From assembly GCA_934121925.1 (NCBI GenBank), contig CAKOVK010000001.1:59217-123216 (forward strand): 64,000 nt of DNA, given 5' to 3'. The notes under the pieces were generated by a model that made no database searches, was not told where the DNA came from, and worked only from the letters and a program-made list of their open reading frames with translations. The translations under genes and the position numbers were made by a program. This DNA comes from an uncultured Clostridia bacterium. GTDB lineage: Bacteria; Bacillota; Clostridia; TANB77; CAG-508. Below are positions 11,614-22,342 of this stretch, piece by piece. Numbering within the stretch: the stretch's first letter is position 1; each line of letters begins with the position of its first letter.

Positions 11614-11642
11614 AAAAGAGAATTTTTTAAAAATTCTCTTTT
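11614..11642. terminator. Hairpin AAAAGAGAATTTTTTAAAAATTCTCTTTT.
   Basis: Palindrome with T-runs on both sides, overlapping the fbp stop codon. Confidence 0.5.
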
Positions 11643-13595
11643 ATCTTTCCCTCTTTATATGCGGTTAATAATAGTTTTAGATCATCAATTTCTTCTTGTA
11701 TTTCTTTACCTATATCTGTATCTGCAACTCTTTTTCTTTCTGTTTCTTTTGCATTTACCATTATATCATATTTAATATCTTTTTCTTCTCTTATTGCATC
11801 CGCTTTTGAATCAAATGGTTCATTTGCAGCTAATATTAGTCCATAAGAATTATATGTTAAAGTATAGCCTGCTCTACCAGTCTGGCCTCTATAACTTTTT
11901 GCAAATCCTCCGGTCTATTACTAGAAGTTTTCCATTTGCTTTTATAGGGCTTTCTCCATCTTTTTCTTTAACTGGTATATGTCCATTTATTATATGTGAA
12001 TTTTTTCCTTCTATGCCAAATTCTTTTAAAATTTTATCACATATTTCTTCATTTTCTACTAATGTGAAATATGGATTTTTTATTTCATTGTGTGTTTCTT
12101 TTTCCATAACAAAATATCTTTCAAATGTAGCAGCTTTATCTTTTCCAAACAATGGTGATTTTGGTCCACACCATAAGTACCACATAAAATCAATAGCATC
12201 TTTGCTTTTATCTAGTTGCTCCCTTTCTGAATATGCTTTCCTTACTACTTTTTCTATACAGTCAAAATATTCTTTTCCTGTAAGTTCTTTTCCCAATATA
12301 TATACTCTTGAAAATTCTCCATTTTCTTCCATTGGAATACATCCATGAAATAATAGGTTTGAATTAAAGCATTTATATATCGAAGATTTAGAATATAAAA
12401 AAGCTATATGTTTATTAAGAGTTTCACTATTTTTGAATGATTCTTGTAGTCTATTTATTATTTCGTTTTCTTCTTTAGTTAATTTATATGGTTCTTTAGG
12501 ATCAATTGTTGGAAAATTTGTATCATTTAAATGATATACATTATCTCCTATTTTTATTGTTCCTTTATCATAGTCTACTTTGTCTAATAAAAGTCTTTCT
12601 TTCATTTCATATTCTGGATGTTCTTTTATAAGTTTTCCTTCTAATTTGAATTGTATTACTGCTATTGCCTTATGCAATTTTGCTATTGATATTTCGTCAC
12701 TTCTTATGTATTTGTTATAATCATAAATTTTAGGCATAAATTTCTCGCAATCATCATCCTGATATGTTTTTAAAGCAAATGTTGTAAGTGGTCTTATATT
12801 TATTCCATATCCTTCTTCTAATGTATCTATATTGTCATATCTACTACATATTCTAATTACATTTGCTATACACGCTTTATTTCCACAAGCTGCTCCCATC
12901 CATAATATATCATGATTTCCAAGTTCTATATCTAAACTATGGAAATTCATTAATGTATTCATTACTAATTTTGCATTAGGTCCTCTATCGAAAATATCTC
13001 CTATTACGTGCAAATGATCTATTGCCATTCGTTTTATTAAATTGGATATTGCTACAATAAATTCATCTGCTCTATCTAACTCTATTATGGAACTTATTAT
13101 TTGTCTATAATATGTTTCTTTATCTGGTCCACATCCTTGCAAATGTAGAAGTTCATCTATTATATAGTCAAATCCCTTTGGCATAGCTTTTCTTACTTTT
13201 GATCTTGTGTACTTTGAACTTACTTCTCTTGCTACTTCTATTAATCTATATAGTGTTATGCTATACCATTCTTTTAAATCCTCTGATGTTTTCTTTATTA
13301 ATGTTAGTTTTTCTTCTGGATAATAAATTAATGTAGCCAAAGCACTTCTTTCACGCTCTGTTATTTGATTATCAAATATATCTTCTATTTTATTTTTTAT
13401 TATTCCTGAGCCATTATTTAAGATATGTGAGAAAGAGCCATATTCCCCATGAATATCACTTAAAAAAAGCTCCGTCCCCTTTGGTAAATTAAGAATTGCT
13501 TGGAGATTAATTATTTCTTCTGCAACTTGACCTATATTATTATACTGCTTACTAAGAGTTTTTAAATGTCTCAATAGTTCTATATTATTTTCCAT
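11627..13595 (-). CDS. fbp: Fructose-1,6-bisphosphatase class 3. The frame is interrupted at an in-frame CGG (plus-strand ccg 11910-11912).
   Basis: The 568-aa ORF ends ...ANGKLLVID|RRICKKL*. Skipping one C gives ...[36 protein letters not shown]...AYKEGKIKENF*, restoring the conserved Fbp C-terminus. Stop is at 11627-11629. Confidence 0.8.
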
Positions 13596-13710
13596 TTTGA
13601 ACCTCTCTATTATATATAAATAATTACTTACTTATTTTAACATAAATAAAATATATTCTCAAGTCAAACAATTAATTCTTAATTTTTCATTAATAACAAA
13701 GTGATTTAAT

Positions 13711-13790
13711 TTGCCTCTTGTTATCGCTAATTTGACTTTCCGAATGAAACAAGGAAATCTCAAAGGCAATATTATAGTATACAAAAAGAG
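13711..13790. repeat. Copy of the intergenic repeat family ...TTTCCGAATGAAA-C/T-GAGGAAATCTCAAAGGCAATA...
   Basis: ATTTGACTTTCCGAATGAAACAAGGAAATCTCAAAGGCAATATTATAG matches copies at 18818, 38940, 62235 and 63772. It is followed by a terminator hairpin at 13790-13812. Confidence 0.6.
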
Positions 13791-13856
13791 CGTATTCAAT
13801 ACGCTCCTTGTTTATTTCATATGTTATTTTTATTTGTGTAAATGTTTTTCAGATAT

Positions 13857-14273
13857 CTATTTTACTTTATATCCTTGTTCTTCAAGCTTTGCTTTTAAAG
13901 CATCTTTTGTCATTTCTTCATCGTTTGTTCCTTCTTGTTCTTCAAATGCTTTTGAATCCATTGTCATTATAACTTTTTTGTCATCTTGTTCTACTTTTAA
14001 TCCTTCTACTTCTTCACCAGCCATAGTCATTCCTAAATTTAATAAGCTATACATAGCATCTGCATTTGATTTATCTTCAAATTCATATGTCATTTTTACT
14101 TCATTAGCTTTATCATTTTTAAAAGTTATTTCAATTTTTTCATTGTATTTTCCGATTGTATCATCTTCTGAAGCTTTAGTTGCTACTAATTTATTTCCTC
14201 CACAACCAGTAAGTAAAACTAGCATTATACCTATGACTAGTACTAATGCTATATTTTTTATTGTTTTTTTCAT
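13857..14273 (-). CDS. Putative lipoprotein.
   Basis: Signal peptide with lipobox (LLTGC), then a hydrophilic, acidic 110-aa body. Confidence 0.5.
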   Translation of the reverse strand: MKKTIKNIALVLVIGIMLVLLTGCGGNKLVATKASEDDTIGKYNEKIEITFKNDKANEVKMTYEFEDKSNADAMYSLLNLGMTMAGEEVEGLKVEQDDKKVIMTMDSKAFEEQEGTNDEEMTKDALKAKLEEQGYKVK

Positions 14274-14356
14274 TTTTTCACCCCCTTTTTTTGTTTATTT
14301 TATCATAACAGTAAATTTCTTTCTACTATTTTACATTTTTTCATCAAATATATTTT

Positions 14357-15670
14357 TTATAGACACATTTCTCCAATTAAGTCGTAATCTTTCACATTAG
14401 TTATTTTACATCTAACAAATTTTCCATTCATATTGTCTTTTGAATTTTTCAATATTACAACTCCATCTGTATCTGGTATATCCATATAGCTTCTTGCTAT
14501 ATAATATTTTCCATCAAATGTTTTATTTTCAATTAAAACTTCATATTCATTACCTATAAATTTTTTCAATTTTTCTGCTGATATTTCTTTTGCAATTTTC
14601 ATAATTTGATTATATCTTTTCTTTTTTGTATTATGATGTATTTGCTCTTTTAATCTAGCAGCTGGTGTTCCATCTTCTTTTGAATATATAAATACTCCTA
14701 GTTTATCAAAATATCCTTTTTTTACAAAATCGTATAATTTTTTAAAGTCTTCTTCTGTTTCTCCAGGAAATCCAACTATAAGAGAAGTTCTTAATATCAC
14801 ATCTGGTATATTTTTCTTAATATCTTTGATTAATTTTTCTATTTTAGCTCCTGTAGTTTTTCTATTCATTCTTTTTAGTACACTATCTGATATATGTTGA
14901 ATTGGTATGTCAAAATAGTTACATATTTTATCATTATTTTTAACTGTTTGTATTAGTTCTTCTGTTATTGCTTCTGGATATGCATATAAAAATCTAACCC
15001 ATTTTATTCCTTTTATTTCACATATTTTATTTAGCAACTCACTTAATTTATATCTCCCATATAAATCTTCGCCATATCTTGTTGTGTCTTGGGCAATTAG
15101 TATTAATTCTTCTATTCCCTTTTTGCTTAATTCTTCTGCTTCTTTTATAATATCTTCCATTGGTCTACTAACATATTTCCCACGTATATATGGTATAGCA
15201 CAATATGTACATTTATTATTACAACCTTCTGCTATCTTTAAGTAAGCTGTTTTATTTCCAGTACTTACTACTCTATCCATATAGTCTAACTGACTGCATG
15301 CGTTTACATTTATTTTTTGATTTAGTAAATTTGATATTTTGTTCCAAAATTCATTATACTCATCAATTGTTATAAACAAATCGACTTCTGGTATGGCTTT
15401 TTGTAATTCTTCCTTATATCTTTGAACTAAGCATCCCATTACTACTAAGTATTTACAAATACCTGTTTCTTTATAATTTGCCATCTCTAATATTGTATCT
15501 ATAGCTTCTTGTTTTGCGGATTCAATAAACCCACATGTATTGACTACAATGATCTCTGCTTTTTCTACATCATTTACTATTTCAAATTTATTGTTTTTAA
15601 ATAAGCCTATAGCCATTTCTGTATCTATTAGATTTTTAGAACATCCTAATGATATAAATCCTACTTTCAT
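14357..15670 (-). CDS. rimO: Ribosomal protein S12 methylthiotransferase RimO (radical SAM MTTase with TRAM domain).
   Basis: MKVGFISLGCSKNLIDTE..., the radical SAM cluster CNNKCTYCAIP, and a C-terminal TRAM domain. Confidence 0.75.
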   Translation of the reverse strand: MKVGFISLGCSKNLIDTEMAIGLFKNNKFEIVNDVEKAEIIVVNTCGFIESAKQEAIDTILEMANYKETGICKYLVVMGCLVQRYKEELQKAIPEVDLFITIDEYNEFWNKISNLLNQKINVNACSQLDYMDRVVSTGNKTAYLKIAEGCNNKCTYCAIPYIRGKYVSRPMEDIIKEAEELSKKGIEELILIAQDTTRYGEDLYGRYKLSELLNKICEIKGIKWVRFLYAYPEAITEELIQTVKNNDKICNYFDIPIQHISDSVLKRMNRKTTGAKIEKLIKDIKKNIPDVILRTSLIVGFPGETEEDFKKLYDFVKKGYFDKLGVFIYSKEDGTPAARLKEQIHHNTKKKRYNQIMKIAKEISAEKLKKFIGNEYEVLIENKTFDGKYYIARSYMDIPDTDGVVILKNSKDNMNGKFVRCKITNVKDYDLIGEMCL

Positions 15671-15684
15671 TTTTTACTCCTCTA

Positions 15685-16884
15685 TTAATAGTCATCATTA
15701 TTACACATATTTTTTCTTGTCATCTCTAGTAAGTTTAATTTTGTAAATCCTAATATTTGTGATTTTGTTCTATCACTTTTTAATTTATTTTCTAATATAG
15801 TTTTAATCTCATTTTTATTTTCTTCATCGTGCATATCTATATAATCTATAATTATTATTCCACCAATATCTCTTAGTCTTAACTGTTTTGCGATTTCTGT
15901 AGTTGCTTCTTTATTAACTTTAAAAACTGTTTGTTCCAAGTTTTTTGTACCTACATATTTACCAGTATTTACATCAATTGCAGTTAATGCTTCTGTTCTA
16001 TCTATTGTTATAAAGCCTCCGCATTTAAGCCAAATTTTCCTATTATTTGTTTTTTCTAATTGACTTCTTAATGAATGCAAGTCTAGTAAATCTTCGTTTT
16101 CTCTTAATTCTAATCTTATTTTATCATTCATTTCCATATTTTTTAATATTTCTTCTACATCTTTATAAGTTTTTTTGTCATTTACTATAACAGCATTCAA
16201 GTTTTGATCTATTACATCTATTAATGTGCGTCTAAGAAGAGCTTTGTTATCATATATCAATTTAGGTTCATTTAGTTTATAAGACTCGTAATTTGTTTGT
16301 ATTACTTTCCATCTTTTTATAAGTAATTCTAAATCTTTTTTTAGTATTTCTTCATCAATTCCATCACTTGATGTTCTTACAATGGCACCAGTTCCTTTTG
16401 GTAATATTTGCCTAACAGTTTTTATTAGTCTTTCTCTTTCTTTTTCATTTTCTACTTTTTGTGATACAGTTATAAATTCGCTGTTCGGCATAAAAACAAC
16501 AAATCTTCCTGGTAAGTTTATATGTGTAGAAACTCTTGCTCCCTTACTTTCTGTACCATCTCTTTTTACTTGCACTAATATTTTCATATTTGGTTTTATT
16601 ATATCATTTATGTTGCAGTTGTTAATTTTTTCTTCTACATTAGTTTTTGTTTCATCTTCTTTTGGTAACAAATCTTTTAACCTTATAAATGTATTTCTTT
16701 TGTCCCCAATATCTATAAAAGCAGATTGCATTCCTTTCAATACATTTTGTACTTTTCCACAATATATATTTCCTTCTAATCTTTGATGATTTTCATGCTC
16801 TTCATGTTTTTCTACTAAAATTCCATTTTCTACTAACATTATACTTTTTTTATCTGGTTCTTTGTTTATTATAAGTTCTAACAT
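15685..16884 (-). CDS. rng: RNase E/G family ribonuclease (Rng-like).
   Basis: S1 domain (GNIYCGKVQNVLKGMQSAFIDIG) and catalytic core (...ALTAIDVNTGKY...GIIIIDYIDM...). Confidence 0.75.
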   Translation of the reverse strand: MLELIINKEPDKKSIMLVENGILVEKHEEHENHQRLEGNIYCGKVQNVLKGMQSAFIDIGDKRNTFIRLKDLLPKEDETKTNVEEKINNCNINDIIKPNMKILVQVKRDGTESKGARVSTHINLPGRFVVFMPNSEFITVSQKVENEKERERLIKTVRQILPKGTGAIVRTSSDGIDEEILKKDLELLIKRWKVIQTNYESYKLNEPKLIYDNKALLRRTLIDVIDQNLNAVIVNDKKTYKDVEEILKNMEMNDKIRLELRENEDLLDLHSLRSQLEKTNNRKIWLKCGGFITIDRTEALTAIDVNTGKYVGTKNLEQTVFKVNKEATTEIAKQLRLRDIGGIIIIDYIDMHDEENKNEIKTILENKLKSDRTKSQILGFTKLNLLEMTRKNMCNNDDY

Positions 16885-16894
16885 ACTGTCTCCT

Positions 16895-17452
16895 TTAATT
16901 AAATTTATTCATTGCTTTATCAATTCCATTTTCTAGAATTTCTATTACTGCTTGTGCTGCTCTTTGTGTACTTTCTACAAGTATTTCTTTTTCTCTTTTA
17001 GGAATTTGTCCTATTACATAGTTTATCATATCACTTTTATTTTCTGGTGTTCCTATTCCAACACGTACTCTTGGGAACTCTTCTGTTTTTAAGTTTTGGA
17101 TTACAGATTTCATTCCATTATGAGTTCCACTACTTCCTTTTGGTTTTAATCTTATATCTCCTATTTTTAAATCCATATCATCGTATATTACTATTATATT
17201 TTTGTTAGAAATTTTATAAAATCTTTTAAACTGTATTACACTCTCTCCACTCAGATTCATATACGTTTGTGGTTTTACTAAAATTACTTTTTTGCTATTA
17301 ATTTCACCCATTCCATATAAGGCATTAAATTTAGATTTCGTTACTTTTATATCTGTAATTTTTGTTATTTCATTAATCACATCAAATCCCATATTATGCC
17401 TTGTATTTGCATATTCATTTTCAGGATTTCCAAGTCCTACTATTAGATACAT
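16895..17452 (-). CDS. pth: Peptidyl-tRNA hydrolase.
   Basis: MYLIVGLGNPENEYANTRHNMGF... is the canonical Pth N-terminus. Confidence 0.9.
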   Translation of the reverse strand: MYLIVGLGNPENEYANTRHNMGFDVINEITKITDIKVTKSKFNALYGMGEINSKKVILVKPQTYMNLSGESVIQFKRFYKISNKNIIVIYDDMDLKIGDIRLKPKGSSGTHNGMKSVIQNLKTEEFPRVRVGIGTPENKSDMINYVIGQIPKREKEILVESTQRAAQAVIEILENGIDKAMNKFN

Positions 17453-17462
17453 ACTTCTCCTT

Positions 17463-18659
17463 CTATAAACAATTTTTATATAATTCTATTATTTTATCTA
17501 TTATTTGTTTTGTCGAATAGTTATTTTTTATATATTCTGCAATTTCTTCATTTTTATATTTTTCTTTTTCACTTAAAGTTTTAATTATCCCATTAGCTAG
17601 TGCTTGAGGATTTTCTTTTTCTACGACTAATCCAAATTCTTTCTTCATAAATCCATTCATTGCTTCTATGTTAGTAACTACTACAGGTGTTCCACAAGCT
17701 AAAGCCTCAATAAGTACTAAAGCCAAGCCTTCATATCTAGAAGATAAAACTGTAACATCTGCAATATTATATAATTCATTAAGTTCCGTTTGTGTTTTTG
17801 CACCTAGAAAAAATACGTTTTTTAATTTTAATTTTTTTGCTAATTCTTCCAATTCCTTATGCAATATTCCTTCTCCCGCTATAAGTGTCACTATATTCTC
17901 TTTTTCATATATCTTTGCTGCCTTTAGTAATATATCAATTCCTTTCACATGAACTAACCTACCTGAAAGCAAGACTATATTATCATATTTATTAGTTATT
18001 CCTAATTTGTTTAAAATTAACTGTTTGTCATATTTCTTCCTAGAAAAAATTTCCTGATCATAACCATTTACTATAGTAATAGACTTATTCTTCGCATAGG
18101 GAAATCTTTGCAAAACTTGCTCATTATTGCTTTGTGAAATTGTAACAATGTTTTCACATTTTTCTACTGCATTACTACAATATCTATGAAATTGCTCCCA
18201 TAAATCATATCCTATTATATCAGTTCCATGAGAAGAAACTATTGTTGGTATATTAAATTCAGTTGCTATACTAGATAGTATCCAAATATGTCCAGAATGT
18301 ATTATGTCAGGTTTAAAAGTATTTACTATTTCTCCAATTTTTGCTCTAAAAGCATTTTCGTATTTATTAAGCTGTTCTTCTGTTAATTGTCCAAAAGTAA
18401 AAGCGCTTCTTGGATGTGTTGTAAAACAAGGAAAGTTAAATGGTAACTGTCCTGGTATTTCTTCTTTGTACTTGAAAAATACTGGATTTATTTTTACTCC
18501 TTCTATTTGTTCTATTTTTGTTGTATTTTCTGGAATAATTATTTGCACTTCATGTCCTGAATCTCTTAAGCTTTTTGCAAGGTTTTTAGTATATATTCCA
18601 CTTCCTCCACCTTGAAGTGGAAATTGATTTATTAATAACACCCTCATATTATGCTCCAA
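17463..18659 (-). CDS. Glycosyltransferase family 4 (GT-B).
   Basis: C-terminal ...GRLVHVKGID...EGLALVLIEALACGTPVV... is the EX7E-type GT4 signature. Confidence 0.7.
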   Translation of the reverse strand: MEHNMRVLLINQFPLQGGGSGIYTKNLAKSLRDSGHEVQIIIPENTTKIEQIEGVKINPVFFKYKEEIPGQLPFNFPCFTTHPRSAFTFGQLTEEQLNKYENAFRAKIGEIVNTFKPDIIHSGHIWILSSIATEFNIPTIVSSHGTDIIGYDLWEQFHRYCSNAVEKCENIVTISQSNNEQVLQRFPYAKNKSITIVNGYDQEIFSRKKYDKQLILNKLGITNKYDNIVLLSGRLVHVKGIDILLKAAKIYEKENIVTLIAGEGILHKELEELAKKLKLKNVFFLGAKTQTELNELYNIADVTVLSSRYEGLALVLIEALACGTPVVVTNIEAMNGFMKKEFGLVVEKENPQALANGIIKTLSEKEKYKNEEIAEYIKNNYSTKQIIDKIIELYKNCL

Positions 18660-18817
18660 TTAATTTTATCTAATGTTATTAATATATCATATTTATCAGT
18701 TTTTGACAATATTTTACACAAACGATTTAAACTATTTTATGTTCTTTCATTCACATGCTTTTAATCATAGTATCTTCTTTTTTTGAATATTTTAAAGAAC
18801 AAAGCACTACTTTAACC

Positions 18818-18895
18818 ACTCTTTGTTCTCGCCGATTTGAGTTTCTGAATGAAATGAGGAAATTTCAAAGGCAATAGCGATTATAGCATATAATA
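18818..18895. repeat. Copy of the CTCTTTGTTCTCGCCGATTTGAGTTTCTGAATGAAATGAGGAAATTTCAAAGGCAATAGCGATTATAGCAT repeat.
   Basis: About 90% identical to 63772-63845. Followed by terminator hairpin GACCTCTTTTG..CAAAAGAGGTC at 18901-18940. Confidence 0.7.
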
Positions 18896-18959
18896 AACAG
18901 ACCTCTTTTGTCTGAAATTATATCCAGTCAAAAGAGGTCTGCATTTATTTTTTTATAGT

Positions 18960-19409
18960 TTAATCTTCTTTTATATCTTTTAGTATTTCTAATTGAGATA
19001 TTAATAGTGATTCCATTTTTGCCTTATATACATCAAATTGTTTTTTCAAATCTTCTAGTTCCTTTTGTTTGCTAAATATCTGTGTATTTAGTTCGTCAAC
19101 AGATGTTTTAGCCTGATATTCAGCATCTTTTATAATTTGTTCAGCCTGTTGTTTTGCAACAGCCGTAATTTCATCTGCTGTTTTTTGAGCCATAACTAAT
19201 GTATTTTGTAATGTATTTTCTATATTTTTGTATTTTCCAACATTGTTGTCTAGTTCTTCTCTTTGTGCTTTTAATTCTGCATTTTCTTTATATATTTTAC
19301 CATACTCTAATGTTAATTCATCTAAAAAGTCATCCACTTCATTTACATTATATCCACCTAATTTTTGTTTACCAAATCTTTTGTTTTCTATATCTAATGG
19401 CGTTATCAT
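18960..19409 (-). CDS. divIVA: Cell-division protein DivIVA.
   Basis: MITPLDIENKRFGKQKLGGYNVNEVDDFLDEL... plus coiled coil. The start is set at the conserved MITPLD. Confidence 0.8.
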   Translation of the reverse strand: MITPLDIENKRFGKQKLGGYNVNEVDDFLDELTLEYGKIYKENAELKAQREELDNNVGKYKNIENTLQNTLVMAQKTADEITAVAKQQAEQIIKDAEYQAKTSVDELNTQIFSKQKELEDLKKQFDVYKAKMESLLISQLEILKDIKED

Positions 19410-19471
19410 ATTTTTTCCTCCTTTTATTAATAGAAAAGGGCATACATGTATGCCCAATTTATTTAAATTAA

Positions 19472-19954
19472 TTAATTATTTCTAAGCCATGAAACAGATA
19501 ATTTACTTTTTATTTCTTCCCTTGCCAAATCGCTTGCTATTTCATAATTTATTGGTGCAACTAAGAATATAGCATTTGATACCTTTTGAATATGTCCATC
19601 TAATGCATGAACTGCTCCACTAATAAAGTCTACTATTCTTCTTGCAACATCTTTGTTTACATATTCTAAGTTTACTATAACCGATTTTTTTTCTTTCAAA
19701 TAATTACAAATTTCCTCTGATTGTTCAAAACTTGTTGGTTGGGTAATAACCATTCTTACTTGTTGTGGTGTAGGCATACTTACAACTTTACTTTTCCTTC
19801 CAAAAAAGCCTTTTTCTTCTGGTTCTTCTTCTGGTTCTGAATCCTTATCATAATTGTATGTATATACATTATCGTTTTCATTTTCTACTTCTTCTTCTGA
19901 GCCTGTATCTACTCCTAAAAAATCCCATACTTTATTCATAATTGCTCCTGCCAT
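19472..19954 (-). CDS. sepF: Cell-division protein SepF.
   Basis: C-terminal ...MVITQPTSFEQSEEICNYLKEKKSVIVNLEYV...IFLVAP is the SepF domain. Confidence 0.8.
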   Translation of the reverse strand: MAGAIMNKVWDFLGVDTGSEEEVENENDNVYTYNYDKDSEPEEEPEEKGFFGRKSKVVSMPTPQQVRMVITQPTSFEQSEEICNYLKEKKSVIVNLEYVNKDVARRIVDFISGAVHALDGHIQKVSNAIFLVAPINYEIASDLAREEIKSKLSVSWLRNN

Positions 19955-20090
19955 TTATATTAACCCCCTAAAAAATTTCTCCTTAGTAATTTACTATTAC
20001 TAGTATCTTACTTTTTTAACTTGTTGTCAATAGTTTTCGTTCCCTTGTAATTAAATCTTAATGTTTTTGTAATAGTTTTGTAATATTTTA

Positions 20091-21350
20091 TTATTGTTCT
20101 ATATCTTTTAGATTTGGATTAATAACTACCTCATCATATATAGATATTTTTCTCATGTTATTAATATCAGTATCATCGTACCCCATACTTTTTAAGTCAT
20201 CATAAGCATAGGTTCCTACTATGCAATAATTATCACTTTCCTTTAATATTTTTACTAGTATTTTATTATAATATCCTGCTCTATTTCTAACCACATAACT
20301 TAATCCGTTATCATATATAATTGCAGACTTCGGTATTTTTAGTCCTTCATATTTCCACCAAACTATATCGAGTGTTACTTTCCTATAGTCTATTAATTTT
20401 TCGACACAATCGCTTATTCTGAAAACAATTAAAACTGATCCGTCTTCTTGATTACTTAAATATTGTACAGTTGCTTTTATTTCGTCTTGTGTAGATAATC
20501 TTAATGTTACTTTTCTACCAACTTTTGTCTCCATTGCCTCTTTAGAATTCGTTATTGTAGCTATATAACATTCATAATTATTTATAACTTTCCCCATCTG
20601 ATTGCTCGTTGTAACAATTTGTCCAGTTTTTAACTCTAGGTTATCTAGTTTTTCTTTATTTAAATCATTGAAATTGTCTGGCGTTAAGATTTCTTCTAAA
20701 TTATCTACTCTATATGAAATAACTCCACTCATCGGAGCTTTTACATATTCCGAATTCTTTTTTAATTCAGATTGATATTTTTCTTTTTCCTTAATGAGGC
20801 TATTAATATAAGTACCTGCTTGACTCGATTCACCTGCTATCTTAGATTTTTTTATTATATATGTATCTATATCTTTTTTATTTTCATTAATTTCCTGAAT
20901 ATTATTTTTATATTTTAATCCATCTATCTTATTTTCTATTTGATTTTCTATAGCTTTAGCATCCCTTGGAAACAAATCTGTTTTTCCTACCATAGCTTCC
21001 TGTATCTTATTATTCAGTTCTTTTATATCCTCATTTAGTTTTTCTTCATTGCTACCATAATATCTAAATATATAGTCTCCTTTTGCTACTTTTTCTCCTT
21101 CTGTTTTTATTTGATATATTCCGTTTTGATAATTTTCTCCCTTTACTACCTTTTCGTCTCTTATAACATAACCAGTTGCACTTTCTTCTGATGATATAAA
21201 ACCATTTTCTACGACTGAAACATCTGTAGGAGCAATTACTAAACTTACAACTTTATATAAAACATATACTATAATTAAAACTATTATTAACAATAATAAT
21301 CTACCTAGAAATTTATTTTTTATTTCTTTGTTTTCTATTCTTTTCTTCAA
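20091..21350 (-). CDS. HlyD-family membrane-fusion-like protein.
   Basis: N-terminal TM, long coiled-coil region, and C-terminal beta-barrel-like ...VTLRLSTQDEIKATVQYLS... Confidence 0.45.
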   Translation of the reverse strand: MKKRIENKEIKNKFLGRLLLLIIVLIIVYVLYKVVSLVIAPTDVSVVENGFISSEESATGYVIRDEKVVKGENYQNGIYQIKTEGEKVAKGDYIFRYYGSNEEKLNEDIKELNNKIQEAMVGKTDLFPRDAKAIENQIENKIDGLKYKNNIQEINENKKDIDTYIIKKSKIAGESSQAGTYINSLIKEKEKYQSELKKNSEYVKAPMSGVISYRVDNLEEILTPDNFNDLNKEKLDNLELKTGQIVTTSNQMGKVINNYECYIATITNSKEAMETKVGRKVTLRLSTQDEIKATVQYLSNQEDGSVLIVFRISDCVEKLIDYRKVTLDIVWWKYEGLKIPKSAIIYDNGLSYVVRNRAGYYNKILVKILKESDNYCIVGTYAYDDLKSMGYDDTDINNMRKISIYDEVVINPNLKDIEQ

Positions 21351-21409
21351 ATTTAACCTCCAATTTTTTTCATGAATTTATGATTAATTCTAAGAAAATT
21401 ATTAGCTAC

Positions 21410-22331
21410 TTACTTTAGTGTGTCCATTATAATACATAGATTATTCTCTATTCCTTCTTGCACTTCTAAATAATTTGCTCCTTCTGTTTTTTTAAACCAC
21501 GTTATTTGTCTTTTTGCATATCTTCTTGTTTCCATCTTTATTTTATCTATCATTTCTTCTTTACTAATTGTTCCTTTTAAGTACTCTACAACTTCTTTAT
21601 ATCCGAAGTCCTTGCATTGCAGTTGGAAACTTATCATATTTTTTTATTATGCTTTCTACTTCTTCAATTAGTCCTTCTTCTATCATTAGGTCTACTCTTT
21701 TATTTATTCTATCATATAGTACCTGTCTATCCATATTTAGGACAAATATTTTATAGTCATATTTTAATTCTTTATTTCTAGAGTCTATATCTTGTTGAGT
21801 TTTTGTTTTTCCTGTTTTGTGAAAAATCTCTAACACTCTAATAATTCTTTTCTTATCATTCTTGCTTATTTTTTCCATTGCTTCAGGGTCAATTTCCATA
21901 GCCATATTGTACAAACCTTCTAAGCCTTCATTTTCAGCAATATTATTCAATTTATTTCTGTATTCTTCATCTATTTTTTCTTCATTAAATTCTATACCAT
22001 ACACCAAAGAATTTATATAAAGTCCTGTTCCTCCACATATTATTGGTGTTTTTCCTTTGGCCAAAATTTCCTCTATACATTTTTCTGCTTCTTTTTTATA
22101 TGCTGATACACTATATCTTTCATCAGGTGCAACTAAGTCTAGCATATAATGTTTTATACCTTCCATTTCTTTTGGCATTATTTTTGCTGTTCCTATGTTC
22201 ATTTCTTTATATATTTGCATAGAATCTGCAGATACTATTTCTCCATTTATTCTTTTTGCAAGTTCAACTGCTAATTTAGATTTTCCAGAAGCAGTTGGTC
22301 CTGCTATTACTATTACTTTAGGTTTTTTCAT
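21410..22331 (-). CDS. miaA: tRNA dimethylallyltransferase MiaA. The frame is interrupted at an in-frame CGG (plus-strand ccg 21603-21605).
   Basis: MKKPKVIVIAGPTASGKSKLA...FPTAMQGL|RI* continues in +1 as GYKEVVEYLKGTISKEEMIDKIKMETRRYAKRQITWF, the conserved MiaA C-terminus. Confidence 0.8.
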
Positions 22332-22342
22332 TTTATTATCCT